From contig JBHLPW010000056.1 in assembly GCA_048939015.1 (NCBI GenBank), positions 1 to 30,377 of the forward strand: a stretch of 30,377 nucleotides of DNA, written 5' to 3'. Shown here in pieces: positions 17,246 to 27,447 of this stretch. The translations under genes were made by a program, and so were the position numbers. A model generated the notes under the pieces. It worked only from the letters and a program-made list of their open reading frames with translations. It was not told the origin of the DNA and ran no database searches. How positions within the stretch are numbered: the first letter of the stretch is position 1; each line of letters opens with the position of its first letter. Source of the stretch: Promethearchaeota archaeon. Lineage in GTDB: Archaea > Asgardarchaeota > Lokiarchaeia > Sigyniarchaeales > SOKP01.

Positions 17246-18934
17246 TCACATCATACCCGGGGGAAGACCACCCATTCCACCCATGCCACCCATACCACCG
17301 CCCATACCAGGTGGCATTCCACCAGGAGGCATTCCTGGGGGCATAGCAGATTTGGCTGATGCTATCACATCATCAATGCGGAGAATCATCGAAGTAGCTT
17401 CGGTTGAGGATTTAATTGCTTGTACTTTTACTACAGTAGGTTCGACAACTCCAACACTTGCCATATCATTGACCACTTCACCGGTGTCGAGGTCATGTCC
17501 AGCAAATTTGTTGCCTTGTTGATGAGCAGCTCTGAGTTTCATGAGAGTATCAATTTGGTCTAATCCCGCATTTTCAGCGAGAGTTTTTGGAATAATATCA
17601 AGCGAATCAGCGAAAATTTCAACAGCGAGTTGTTCACGTCCACCTAGAGTGGAGGCATATTTTCTTAACTGAATAGCAGTTTCAATTTCAGGAGCTCCAC
17701 CGCCGCCGACAAGTTTTTGATCTTCAACTACATCTCTCACTACGCAGAGAGCATCGTGAATTGCTCTTTCAACTTCATCGACGATAAGTTCAGTTCCACC
17801 TCTTATAAGAATAACGACAGATTTAGGATCTTTACATTCTTCAATGAAAATCCAAGAGTCATTCATTATTTTACGTTCTTCTACCAAACCAGCCCATCCA
17901 AGTTTTCCCGAAGCGATATCGTCAAGGTTCGTAAAGATAGTACCACCAGTTGCTTTTGAGAGTTTTTCAATATCAGATTTTTTCACTCTTCTTACGGCCA
18001 TAATACCGGCTTTTGAAAGGAAATGTTGAGCCATGTCATCAATTCCTTTTTGACAAATTACGACATTTGCTCCGGATTTTTGAATTTTTTCAACCATAGT
18101 CCTAAGCATATGTTCTTCTTCATCTAAGAATTGCTGGATTTGTTCTGGGCTTGTAATTTGGAGTTTACTATCGAATTCAGTCTTTTCAATTTCTACTGCG
18201 CTTTGTAGAAGTAAGATTTTAGCATCAGTAACGCTTTTTGGCATTCCAGGACTTACCACTTCTTTATCTAAGATAATACCTTTAATAAGTTTAGTATCAT
18301 CGATAGAATCTCCCTCTTTCTTTTGAATTTGGACTTTTCCTATGTCTGCGACATATTTTCCGTCTTCTTGTTTCTCAGTAATAGCTTTAATAGCATCCAT
18401 ACAGATTTGAGCTAACATTACTTTTGATTCTGAAACAATCTTACTGGACATACAAGTCATAGCAGCATTTTTCAGTCCTTTTTCATCTTCAATTCCACTT
18501 TTAATAGAAATACTATCAAGAATCTCAACAGCTTTTTCAGCTGCTTTTCTAAAACCTTCAGTAATCACAGTAGGATGTATTTTCTGTTCTAATAGTTTTT
18601 TAGCTCGTTTCAATAATTCTCCAGCAAGAATAACTGATGTAGTTGTACCATCACCAACTTCAGAGTCCTGAGTTTTTGCAACTTCAACCATCATTTTAGC
18701 AGCGGGGTGTTGTACATCAATTTCTTTTAGAATTGTAGCACCATCGTTTGTTATAACGACATCACCAAACTGGTCTACGAGCATTTTGTCCATACCACGG
18801 GGTCCAAGTGAAGTTCTTACAGCTTCTGCGATAACAATTGCGGCAGCGATATTGTTTGACATAGCATCTCTTCCACGTTGTCGTTCTGTACCTTCTTTCA
18901 TAATTAAGACAGGTGTTCCGCCTAATTGTGCCAT
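17246..18934 (-). CDS. ths: Thermosome subunit (group II chaperonin)
   Basis: Motifs [32 protein letters not shown] and RIDD, plus a Gly/Met/Pro-rich C-terminal tail. Confidence 0.97.
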   Translation of the reverse strand: MAQLGGTPVLIMKEGTERQRGRDAMSNNIAAAIVIAEAVRTSLGPRGMDKMLVDQFGDVVITNDGATILKEIDVQHPAAKMMVEVAKTQDSEVGDGTTTSVILAGELLKRAKKLLEQKIHPTVITEGFRKAAEKAVEILDSISIKSGIEDEKGLKNAAMTCMSSKIVSESKVMLAQICMDAIKAITEKQEDGKYVADIGKVQIQKKEGDSIDDTKLIKGIILDKEVVSPGMPKSVTDAKILLLQSAVEIEKTEFDSKLQITSPEQIQQFLDEEEHMLRTMVEKIQKSGANVVICQKGIDDMAQHFLSKAGIMAVRRVKKSDIEKLSKATGGTIFTNLDDIASGKLGWAGLVEERKIMNDSWIFIEECKDPKSVVILIRGGTELIVDEVERAIHDALCVVRDVVEDQKLVGGGGAPEIETAIQLRKYASTLGGREQLAVEIFADSLDIIPKTLAENAGLDQIDTLMKLRAAHQQGNKFAGHDLDTGEVVNDMASVGVVEPTVVKVQAIKSSTEATSMILRIDDVIASAKSAMPPGMPPGGMPPGMGGGMGGMGGMGGLPPGMM

Positions 18935-19125
18935 TTTTTTTCACTCTTTGTAAATATGATTATTATTTATATTTTGAAATAATATTTTCTTTATATAGAT
19001 CTCTAAGTCATAAAATTAAAAAAGTTTACGAATTTTGAATTCCGTGAGAAAAATAACTGAAATTTATGGAATTTAATCTATCAAAAAATTTTTTAACCTT
19101 AAAATTAAAATAAAAAAAAAGGAAT

Positions 19126-21510
19126 TTAGTTTTTCAATTTTTTCAGTTTCTTCCTTGTCAATAATATTGTGCTTACACTGATAATTCCCAGAATGAATAG
19201 AACATTATAACTTGGAATTGGTGGACGACCTCCATCTGTAGGCTCCTCAGGGCATAGTTCACAGATATTATCCGTGAATATATTTCCTATTGAATTTTCT
19301 TCCCTCCAGCAACCATCTCTATTACAATAAAAAGTATTACCTGTAATATTATTATAATCACTATCCCAGAATTCTATTCCATATCCCCTGCTGTAATTTA
19401 TCATATTATTAAGAATATCGTTGAAATCAGATTCTGAAAGCATAATTCCATGTTCATTATCATTTACTATATTATTCTCTATTATGTTATTACCATAATG
19501 CTCCAACCTTATACCCTCATCAACATTACTACTTACATTATTATCTGAAATGGTATTATATTCACCATGGAGTTCTAAACCTGCCATACAGTCAAAAATA
19601 TGATTTTTAGATATAAAATTATGATTACATGTATCCATCCTGATGCCCGCATGAGGATTATTAACTGGATCATCAGTTAAGGTGTTATCAGTAATATTGT
19701 TGTAGTGACTCTGTATTAAATAAAACCCAGTTTCAAAGTTATTATCTACGGTATTACTTTTTATTACAGTATTGTTACTGTACCACATTTCTAATGCATT
19801 CATCCTATTATATTTGAAATCACAATTTGAAATTGTATTTCCATCACAATAAATCATAGTAATAGCATTTGAAGTATTATAGATTTGTAAATCGTCCATT
19901 ACTGAATTTTGTACATTTACTAATATAATTTGACCTGCGTTTGTAAAATCTGTTGAGAGTAACCCCGACTGATTAGCATAATAATATATTGGCTTTCCAT
20001 TCGCTAGATTAGTAATATCTATTTCCTGAGATGTTAAATATTTTAAAGTTCCTTGGGAATCAAGATATACTCCAGTATTAGAAAGTTGATTCCCTGATAA
20101 AGTGATATTTGCACTATCTTGTTCAATATATATTCCGTAATATTGACAATTATCGATAATATTTCCAATTAAATCATGTTCATAACAATCATATAAAGTT
20201 ATTCCATTATAATTATCATTTAATATATTTCCAGAGACAATAATGTCATTAGAATCAGATAAACGAAAACCCCTCTGGTTACTGTTCATGGTATTCCCAT
20301 GAAATGTACAATTATCACCTTTCCATATATATATTCCCGCATCAGTGTTGTCGCTTGCTGTATTTCCTACGATAATACAATTACTGCAATCAACCATATA
20401 TATTCCCTTTCCTATTGTATCCCAAGTATATTCATATTTACAATTGTTTGCTTTATTATTTGTCAAATTCACATAAGAACTCTCTTCTACATGAATTCCT
20501 TGAACATTATTATACGAAAGGTCATTGTTAAACAATGTAATGTTCCTACATAAAGTTAAGGAGATACCATTTGAAGCATGTGGTATTACGAAATTACTTA
20601 TGGCAGAATCGCTACAATTTACTAACATAATTTGTCCAGGATTCACAAAATCACTATTTCTTAGGCCTTTTTGATTTACGTAATAATAAACTGATTTTCC
20701 ATTCACATAATTCGTAGAACCGATAGTAATTGAAGTGAACTCTTTCATATTGTAAAGGTTACCAGATATAATGAAACCGCAGTTAGCTAAGAGATTACCC
20801 GTAGCAGTACAATTTTCACATTTATCAATCCATATCCCATTTCTGTTATTACTCAGTGTATTACTCTTTATAATAACATTATCACTATCCTGTACGTTTA
20901 TTCCTCGAACACTATTTAAAACTAGCGAATTTCCGATTATTGTATTATTGGCGCTATATTGTACCTTTATTCCATCTTGATTATTAGTTACAGTATTCCC
21001 AGTAAGAGTATTATTATTACAACCAAATTCAATGTTTATCCCATTATATTCATTAAAAGAACAATTATTACCAATTAAGAATCCATTATCAGTATCTATT
21101 AACCTAATGCCAGCACTATCATATTCTGTCCATCCCGAATTGTAAAGTCGACAATTTTCTATTCTAAAGAATACTGTAGATTCGGCAATAATAATACAAC
21201 TTTCTCCTTCCTCCCCATCAATCTCAACATCGTGGATTAGATATGGATCGCTCCAAACTCCTGAACCAGAGCACCATGGATAATGTGAAGCTGTATATGC
21301 CCAGCTTTTAGTTGGAATGGAATCATTTATAACAATATGAGATCCTGTTAAGTTCCATTGTGCTTGTTTTGGAGAATTGAGATCTTTATTCACATTTATA
21401 TTTATTGGAATAAGATTAGAAAAGAATAAGATCTGTGCAAACAATGATATTATAATCAACGATAATAAAACAAGAACGCCCGATCTTCTTTTATTTTTAT
21501 TTAAATTCAT
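19126..21510 (-). CDS. Cell-surface NosD/CASH-like right-handed parallel beta-helix protein with a Loki-CTERM-type C-terminal sorting signal
   Basis: N-terminal signal/TM; WCSGSGVWSDPYLI motif; many Asn-rich 'NNxxGIxL' repeats; two NGKxxYYYxN..GQI.LVN modules; tail PPIPSYNVLFILGIISVSTILLTRKKLKK. Confidence 0.88.
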   Translation of the reverse strand: MNLNKNKRRSGVLVLLSLIIISLFAQILFFSNLIPININVNKDLNSPKQAQWNLTGSHIVINDSIPTKSWAYTASHYPWCSGSGVWSDPYLIHDVEIDGEEGESCIIIAESTVFFRIENCRLYNSGWTEYDSAGIRLIDTDNGFLIGNNCSFNEYNGINIEFGCNNNTLTGNTVTNNQDGIKVQYSANNTIIGNSLVLNSVRGINVQDSDNVIIKSNTLSNNRNGIWIDKCENCTATGNLLANCGFIISGNLYNMKEFTSITIGSTNYVNGKSVYYYVNQKGLRNSDFVNPGQIMLVNCSDSAISNFVIPHASNGISLTLCRNITLFNNDLSYNNVQGIHVEESSYVNLTNNKANNCKYEYTWDTIGKGIYMVDCSNCIIVGNTASDNTDAGIYIWKGDNCTFHGNTMNSNQRGFRLSDSNDIIVSGNILNDNYNGITLYDCYEHDLIGNIIDNCQYYGIYIEQDSANITLSGNQLSNTGVYLDSQGTLKYLTSQEIDITNLANGKPIYYYANQSGLLSTDFTNAGQIILVNVQNSVMDDLQIYNTSNAITMIYCDGNTISNCDFKYNRMNALEMWYSNNTVIKSNTVDNNFETGFYLIQSHYNNITDNTLTDDPVNNPHAGIRMDTCNHNFISKNHIFDCMAGLELHGEYNTISDNNVSSNVDEGIRLEHYGNNIIENNIVNDNEHGIMLSESDFNDILNNMINYSRGYGIEFWDSDYNNITGNTFYCNRDGCWREENSIGNIFTDNICELCPEEPTDGGRPPIPSYNVLFILGIISVSTILLTRKKLKKLKN

Positions 21511-21685
21511 TTTTCTACCCTCTATTAATAAGGATCATTAACAAATTTGTTAAACTAATATTTAAACTTTTGCCACTTATGTCTAATTTATCAAAACTAA
21601 ACTCTATTAGAAATGAGCAGAAATCGGGCTAGTTAAATTAATAAAGTATCTATTTTTAGGATTGACAAAAAAATAAGATAATGAT

Positions 21686-21850
21686 CTATTTGGTGAGTTC
21701 TCTTCTTTTTAATCTGAGATCTTTTCCATGGCATCTACGGCATTTCTTTGCTCTAACTGGATTAAGAGCTCCACATCTTCTACACACTGTTTTTTCGAGT
21801 AAATGAAATCTTGCGATTCTCCTCTTCACTGGATCGTCTATAGGGCTCAT
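21686..21850 (-). CDS. rpl40e: 50S ribosomal protein L40e
   Basis: MSPIDDPVKRRIARFHLLEKTVCRRCGALNPVRAKKCRRCHGKDLRLKRRELTK. The CRRCGAxNP..AKKCRRC...LRxK pattern is the L40e signature. Missed by the ORF track (54 aa). Confidence 0.95.
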   Translation of the reverse strand: MSPIDDPVKRRIARFHLLEKTVCRRCGALNPVRAKKCRRCHGKDLRLKRRELTK

Positions 21851-22038
21851 TTTTTTTCAATAGTTATTTTATTAAGAAAAAAAAAATACTTATATCAATT
21901 TGTATTAAGAATAATTTCTAGAAAACACGATTTAAAATAAAATTTTTGTTTAGACTATGGTAAAATATGATAAAATTAAAATTCTATAAATAATAGATCT
22001 ATTTATACTATACATTAAGTAATATGAGTTGAGTTAAT

Positions 22039-22233
22039 GTGCCAAGGGAAATATTTGACGAAGAGAAATTCATGGAAATCTCTGAATATGCTATTCATTG
22101 TCGAGTTAAGCGCTTAAAAGATATAGTGAAGTTAAAATTACGAACTAAGAAAATTCTTTATACATATAAAACAGATCCAGTGACAGCAGAAAGATTGTTA
22201 AGAAATATTAGTTGTGATGTTATAGAATTATAA
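22039..22233 (+). CDS. rpl38e: 50S ribosomal protein L38e
   Basis: MPREIFDEEKF...RVKR...VKLKLRTKKILYTYK matches the L38e pattern. Confidence 0.88.
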   Translation: MPREIFDEEKFMEISEYAIHCRVKRLKDIVKLKLRTKKILYTYKTDPVTAERLLRNISCDVIEL

Positions 22234-22431
22234 ATTTTAGTTAAATAAAGAGTAATTATCCCACTGTACTTATAAACCTATAAATTTGAGAGTAATCTAC
22301 TCCAAGGTGTTATAAAAAACCAAAATACTGAGCATCTATGAATTTTAAACTCATATTTTCGAAAAAGTTAATTATATATTTTTTTACTTCATCTTATTTC
22401 TAATAATAACGATGATTAAGAGATTTCCCAT

Positions 22432-23352
22432 ATGATTCAAGCATTATATATTTTTCAGAGTGAATCCAAAGACCTTTTGTATAATAAAAGCTTTCAGAGT
22501 GATGAGAAATTAGAGATGTTTGATTCTTTTTTTTCTGCACTACAGACATTTGTGTCAGAACTTACTGAAAGCAGTACTGAATCTTTAAACACCATTGAGT
22601 TAGGTGAATATTTTGTGTTAATAACTCGAATTCCCGAAATTTTATCAGATCTAGTTATAATAGTCGATGGGCAAGATATAAAAGAAGTTCAAAAATTAAT
22701 CCCAAAAATAAATGATATTATCTTAAATCATCAAGATTTATTTATAAACTGGGATCGTAAACCAGAAAGACTTGAAATATTTGATTTAAAAATTATTCAA
22801 TTAATACTTTCAGATAAAAAGCTTATAGATGGTTCATCTCTAACTAATAATCAGAGTACAATCTTAAAGTCGATTTGGCAGCAGAAAGGTTCACTATCCG
22901 GACAATTAAGAGAAGATTTGTTAAATCAAAGAAAAGATCTTAAAGTTTTATACTTATCTGAACAAAATATTATGAAAAAATACGAAATATCAAAAAAATT
23001 AATTGATATTTCAGAAAAACTTCAAGATGACGAGAAGTTTATAGTATATCAAACAGAATCAAAATCTCTTAAGGATGAGATTAAGGATCGTAAACTACGA
23101 TTACAATATTATTTAGATAAGGTTAAAGAATCAATAAATTATTCAAAATACGCTGAAACCTATTCATATCTCTATTCTTTTTGTATTAAACTTGAAAATT
23201 TTGTTGATCCTGAAATTATAAATAAATATAAAATGCTTGCGAAAAAATTACTTGATAAAAGTAAACTAACTCGGGAAGAATTTAGAACCGCTTTGCAAAA
23301 AATATCTATGATTGAAGAAGAAGTAAACTTAAAATTATCTTTTAATCTCTAA
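22432..23352 (+). CDS. Longin-like domain protein with a helical C-terminal region
   Basis: N-terminal MIQALYIFQ...LLYNKSF...FDSFFSALQTFVSEL...LNTIELGEYFVLI follows the beta-beta-alpha-beta-beta-beta pattern of Asgard longin domains. Confidence 0.65.
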   Translation: MIQALYIFQSESKDLLYNKSFQSDEKLEMFDSFFSALQTFVSELTESSTESLNTIELGEYFVLITRIPEILSDLVIIVDGQDIKEVQKLIPKINDIILNHQDLFINWDRKPERLEIFDLKIIQLILSDKKLIDGSSLTNNQSTILKSIWQQKGSLSGQLREDLLNQRKDLKVLYLSEQNIMKKYEISKKLIDISEKLQDDEKFIVYQTESKSLKDEIKDRKLRLQYYLDKVKESINYSKYAETYSYLYSFCIKLENFVDPEIINKYKMLAKKLLDKSKLTREEFRTALQKISMIEEEVNLKLSFNL

Positions 23353-23556
23353 ATCATTCTTTTGGAAATTTGATTAGAGATCTTTGTATTTAATGAATAT
23401 ACATTTGTATAACAGATCCATTTAAGTAAGGAATTTAAGATACTTTATGATAAACTTAATTAACCATTTTTAATAGATATCAATCACTATACTATTTATC
23501 AATCCGATATAATAGAACATCACTTAAGTTGGGATATTTAATCTGGTCTAAAACGA

Positions 23557-24069
23557 ATGAAAGTCCTTCCTGCTGACAAAACATGCATTAATTCTGGTTT
23601 CTTATGTACTAATTGTCAAGCTAGGCTTGATGCTGGAGAAATTACTGAATTTGAAATTGATCTGGCAAAAGATCTAATTCAATTAGAGGAAGAAGATGAA
23701 AATTTTGCTTTTTTAAAAGATATTTCTTTTTATAAAGCTATCGATTACGAAGATGTAGTAATATTGGTAGTAGGGAAAAAAGATAAATTGAAAATATCTC
23801 AAGATTTAATCATATGGATCAAAGAGACATATGAGATAGATGAATTAATTTTCATTGAAAAAACGAATAAACCACGTCCAGTAGTGGAAGCTTTAATTGC
23901 ACCATTCAAACTTTTATCGCTTAATGAAATATTTTTAGCTACTGGAGACGTTCAGTTTAGAGCAGTGCTTAGAGAAGATGATAAAGATAATTTTTTGTTT
24001 ACGAAAGACGAACTTGAGGAACTTATTTATGAATTAACAGGGAATATTACCAGGGTTGAATTTCAATAA
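23557..24069 (+). CDS. Archaeal NusA-like (Zn-binding/KH) transcription factor paralog
   Basis: N-terminal CxxSGxLCxxC, followed by a degenerate KH-like region (LIAPFKLLSLNEIFLATG...). Confidence 0.65.
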   Translation: MKVLPADKTCINSGFLCTNCQARLDAGEITEFEIDLAKDLIQLEEEDENFAFLKDISFYKAIDYEDVVILVVGKKDKLKISQDLIIWIKETYEIDELIFIEKTNKPRPVVEALIAPFKLLSLNEIFLATGDVQFRAVLREDDKDNFLFTKDELEELIYELTGNITRVEFQ

Positions 24070-24116
24070 TCAATAAGATTTAATTAACTATTTTTCTAAT
24101 ATTAAATAGATTTACT

Positions 24117-24473
24117 GTGGAAGAATATAAACAAGTAATTTTAGTAAGAACAGATCTTAAGATGGGAACTGGTAAAAAGTGTGCCCAGTCTTGTCATGCT
24201 AGTGTTTCAGCATCAGACCTAGTAAGAATCCAAAATAAACCAATTTGGAAGAATTGGAAGAATTCTGGACAGAAAAAAGTTGTACTTAAAATCCAAAATA
24301 TGGATCAATTAAAAGAATTAACAGCTAAATTTGAATTGAATAAAATTCCATATTTTGTTGTGAATGATGCTGGATTGACACAACTAACTCCAGGAACAAT
24401 TACTGCTGTTGGAATTGGTCCTGTTTTATCTAAGGAGATTGATAAAATAACTGGGGATTTAAAACTATTATAA
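24117..24473 (+). CDS. pth2: Peptidyl-tRNA hydrolase, Pth2 type
   Basis: [60 protein letters not shown]. Confidence 0.96.
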   Translation: MEEYKQVILVRTDLKMGTGKKCAQSCHASVSASDLVRIQNKPIWKNWKNSGQKKVVLKIQNMDQLKELTAKFELNKIPYFVVNDAGLTQLTPGTITAVGIGPVLSKEIDKITGDLKLL

Positions 24474-24496
24474 TATTAACAACTTAGGCAATAAAA

Positions 24497-25888
24497 TTGT
24501 CAGACAAAGAAGCTGATACTTATATTTTCAAAAGAAATAGTGAAAGAGAAGTAGAAAAGTTTGTAGGAATTGATGCTTTTGCCACATCAAAAATTGATGG
24601 GATTGGGGGTGAATATAAGCAAAATTTTAAGGATTTTATAGTTAAAGAAATAGAAAGTAATGGAAAAATACTTAACATAAGAGAAGATTACAAATCTCAA
24701 CCTTTTTCTAAAGAATTAAAGGATGGATATACAAAATTTAATTTAATAAAAATTAATCGAGATACATTTAAAGCTTTAAGAGAAATAAGTAAAGCCTTGA
24801 AAATACCTTATGAAATGTTAAATTATTCTGGGTTGAAAGACAAACATTCCATATCAGTTCAAAAAGTCTCAATAAAAGGAGATCATATTGATAATTTAAA
24901 AAAATTAAATCTAAAGGATATTTTTATTAGAAATATCTATCCTGCAAAGAAACCTGTTAAATTAGGAAGCCATTGGGGAAATAACTTTACAGTCTTAATT
25001 AGAAATATAGAAAATCGTAGGGATTTGAAAAATAGATTAGAACAAATTTTCAATTATTTAAGGAAAAAAGGATTTCCTAATTATTTTGGACTTCAAAGAT
25101 TCGGAAGTTATAGACCCAATTCTCATATTGTTGGACGATATATTTTAGAAGGTAATTTTAAGAAAGCCTTTGAAGAATTTGTATCAACTACTTATACCTC
25201 TGAGTCTAGTGAATCAAAAATCGCAAGGAGAGAATTTAGAAATACACAAGATTTTGTGAAAGCTTTAGAAAATTTTCCAAAAAACCTAAAATATGAAAGA
25301 AACATGCTTCATTATCTAATTGAAACACCAAAAGATTACATGGGTTGTATTAACACATTACCTTCTGATTTGAAAAAGTTATTGATTAGTTCCTTTCAAT
25401 CTTATCTTTTCAATAAGATGCTTTCATTAAGAGTAAAGAAAGGCTTTCCCTTATTTACGCCGATAAAAGGTGATGTGATTTCCATATTAGATGACTATAA
25501 TGGAAATCTCACATATGTAAATTATATATATGGGAGCTTTTATGATAAATTCTTAAAAAAAGCATTAAATTTAAATCGAGCTGCCATTATTATGCCTATT
25601 ATTGGGAATACAACCGATTTAGAGTCATTCCCCTTGATGAAGACTCTATTTGAAGACACTATTAAGATAGAAAAAGTTGATAAAAATATTCTCTATAACA
25701 AATCAAATACAGAACTCGAGATGAAAGGTTCTATTAGAGCTATATCTGCTAAACCTACTGGTTTAAAATTATTAGAATTTAACGATGATGAACTTAATCC
25801 AGGAAATATAAAAATTCAATTTGAATTTTCTTTACAAAAAGGAAGCTATGCTACGATGCTAATTAGAGAACTTATTAAACCAGTTTAA
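24497..25888 (+). CDS. truD: tRNA pseudouridine(13) synthase TruD
   Basis: DFIVKE, GLKDKHSISVQ, GNNF, GFPNYFGLQRFG, FQSYLFN, FSLQKGSYATMLIRE. Confidence 0.96.
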   Translation: MSDKEADTYIFKRNSEREVEKFVGIDAFATSKIDGIGGEYKQNFKDFIVKEIESNGKILNIREDYKSQPFSKELKDGYTKFNLIKINRDTFKALREISKALKIPYEMLNYSGLKDKHSISVQKVSIKGDHIDNLKKLNLKDIFIRNIYPAKKPVKLGSHWGNNFTVLIRNIENRRDLKNRLEQIFNYLRKKGFPNYFGLQRFGSYRPNSHIVGRYILEGNFKKAFEEFVSTTYTSESSESKIARREFRNTQDFVKALENFPKNLKYERNMLHYLIETPKDYMGCINTLPSDLKKLLISSFQSYLFNKMLSLRVKKGFPLFTPIKGDVISILDDYNGNLTYVNYIYGSFYDKFLKKALNLNRAAIIMPIIGNTTDLESFPLMKTLFEDTIKIEKVDKNILYNKSNTELEMKGSIRAISAKPTGLKLLEFNDDELNPGNIKIQFEFSLQKGSYATMLIRELIKPV

Positions 25889-27362
25889 GTTCTGATGATA
25901 TTACAGTTTCAATACCAAAAATATCAATTACCTTTATTAGAATATTGTAATTCCCTGGTTTATCATAATGGTAATACTTTGATTTTAAAGCTAATTTTCT
26001 ATCTTTTGGAGTTCTAAAAGAAAACCACTTAGCCTTAAAAATATTATTTTGGGGGTAATAATCAACAGCCCAATAATCAATCCAATCAGAAAAAGATTTA
26101 ATATCTCCTTTAACTTTTTCTGAAATTAAATCAATAAAAGGTAATTGATAATCGATCAATTCTACATTAATCCTATTATTTTGTTTATGGATCTTCACGT
26201 GTAAATTGGGGGATTCATTGATTTTATAACCTTTCTGATCTTGAACCTCCTTCTTCAAAAGGTTATAGGATATTGTATCTAATTTATCCATTTTTTCAAT
26301 TCCTAAGATTTTAAAAGATTGAGGGGTTTTATTGTATTTTTTTTTCCAATCTATAATATCATTACTTTTATCTAGGTTAAGTATTCTTTTCCTTACTATA
26401 TGAATCGCGTGTTTATTTGAATCACATCCAATCCATCGTCTTCCAAGCTTTTCTGCTACAGTTAATGTAGTACCTGAACCACAAAAGAAATCTGCTACAA
26501 GATCATTGCTGTTTGTTGACGCCAGAATAATTCTTTTTAATAAACGTTCTGGTTTTTGTGTAGAAAACCCTTGATATTCTGAAGTATTAGCTCTAATATA
26601 GGGAATATCACTCCAAACATCTCGAGGGAAAATTCCTTCAGTTTCTACATAGACTTTCCTAGAAAGTTTCTTTCCATTATGGCTTCCTCCCCTATAATAA
26701 AATACACCTTTATCATCCTTTTTTAAAGCATTCTTAACTCTATCAGAAAATTCTTGGTATATCCTTGGATCATCTCGAAATACGTAATCATCAGTTTTTG
26801 AGTAAAATAGGATAGTATCATAAGATCTAATAAAAAAACGTCGAGTTTTTACTGAAGCAGCAGGATAAGCCCAAATTATTTCATTTCTGAAATTTTCATA
26901 TCCAAAAATTTCATCCATAATGACTTTGATATAATGAGAAATATGCCAATCGAGATGTATAAATATAACCCCGCTATCTGCTAATAGTAGCTTCATTAAA
27001 ATTAGGCGTTCACGCATAAAATCTAAATATGAATTTAAACCTTCATTCCATTTATCATTATAGGCAATTTCATCTATGAAATTACCATTTTCTCCTATTT
27101 GAACTTTAAGGTTGAAATTTCCTCCTGTACCAAAAGGGGGATCAATATATATGAGAGAAATTTTGCTTTTAAACTTGGTAATCAATGATTTCATTACTGT
27201 TTTATTATCTCCCCAAATTAGTAGATTCTGCCACTTTTCGTCAGGTTTAGAATCCATACCAATAGATGGATATATATCGAGAACATGAAAAGGTTTAGTT
27301 TCATATGGTTTTGAAATAATATCCTCTATTTCCAACTTGCCTTTCCATTTCAATTCAACCAT
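25875..27362 (-). CDS. Site-specific DNA amino-methyltransferase (beta class, type III Mod-like), apparently orphan
   Basis: NLLIWGDN, IYIDPPF (motif IV) before DFFCGSGTT (motif I), FRNEIIW, TQKPERLLKRII. Confidence 0.92.
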   Translation of the reverse strand: MVELKWKGKLEIEDIISKPYETKPFHVLDIYPSIGMDSKPDEKWQNLLIWGDNKTVMKSLITKFKSKISLIYIDPPFGTGGNFNLKVQIGENGNFIDEIAYNDKWNEGLNSYLDFMRERLILMKLLLADSGVIFIHLDWHISHYIKVIMDEIFGYENFRNEIIWAYPAASVKTRRFFIRSYDTILFYSKTDDYVFRDDPRIYQEFSDRVKNALKKDDKGVFYYRGGSHNGKKLSRKVYVETEGIFPRDVWSDIPYIRANTSEYQGFSTQKPERLLKRIILASTNSNDLVADFFCGSGTTLTVAEKLGRRWIGCDSNKHAIHIVRKRILNLDKSNDIIDWKKKYNKTPQSFKILGIEKMDKLDTISYNLLKKEVQDQKGYKINESPNLHVKIHKQNNRINVELIDYQLPFIDLISEKVKGDIKSFSDWIDYWAVDYYPQNNIFKAKWFSFRTPKDRKLALKSKYYHYDKPGNYNILIKVIDIFGIETVISSELKLV

Positions 27363-27447
27363 AAATATAAGATAAGAAAGTAAAAATTTTATTTTTAATT
27401 TAATTTTAACGAATATAATCGAGGAAATATAATAAATTGTTGAATAA

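Noticed and set aside
17246-17345. GC-rich repeat as a structured RNA or mobile-element end
   Set aside because: Fully explained by the Gly/Met/Pro-coding C-terminal tail of the thermosome.
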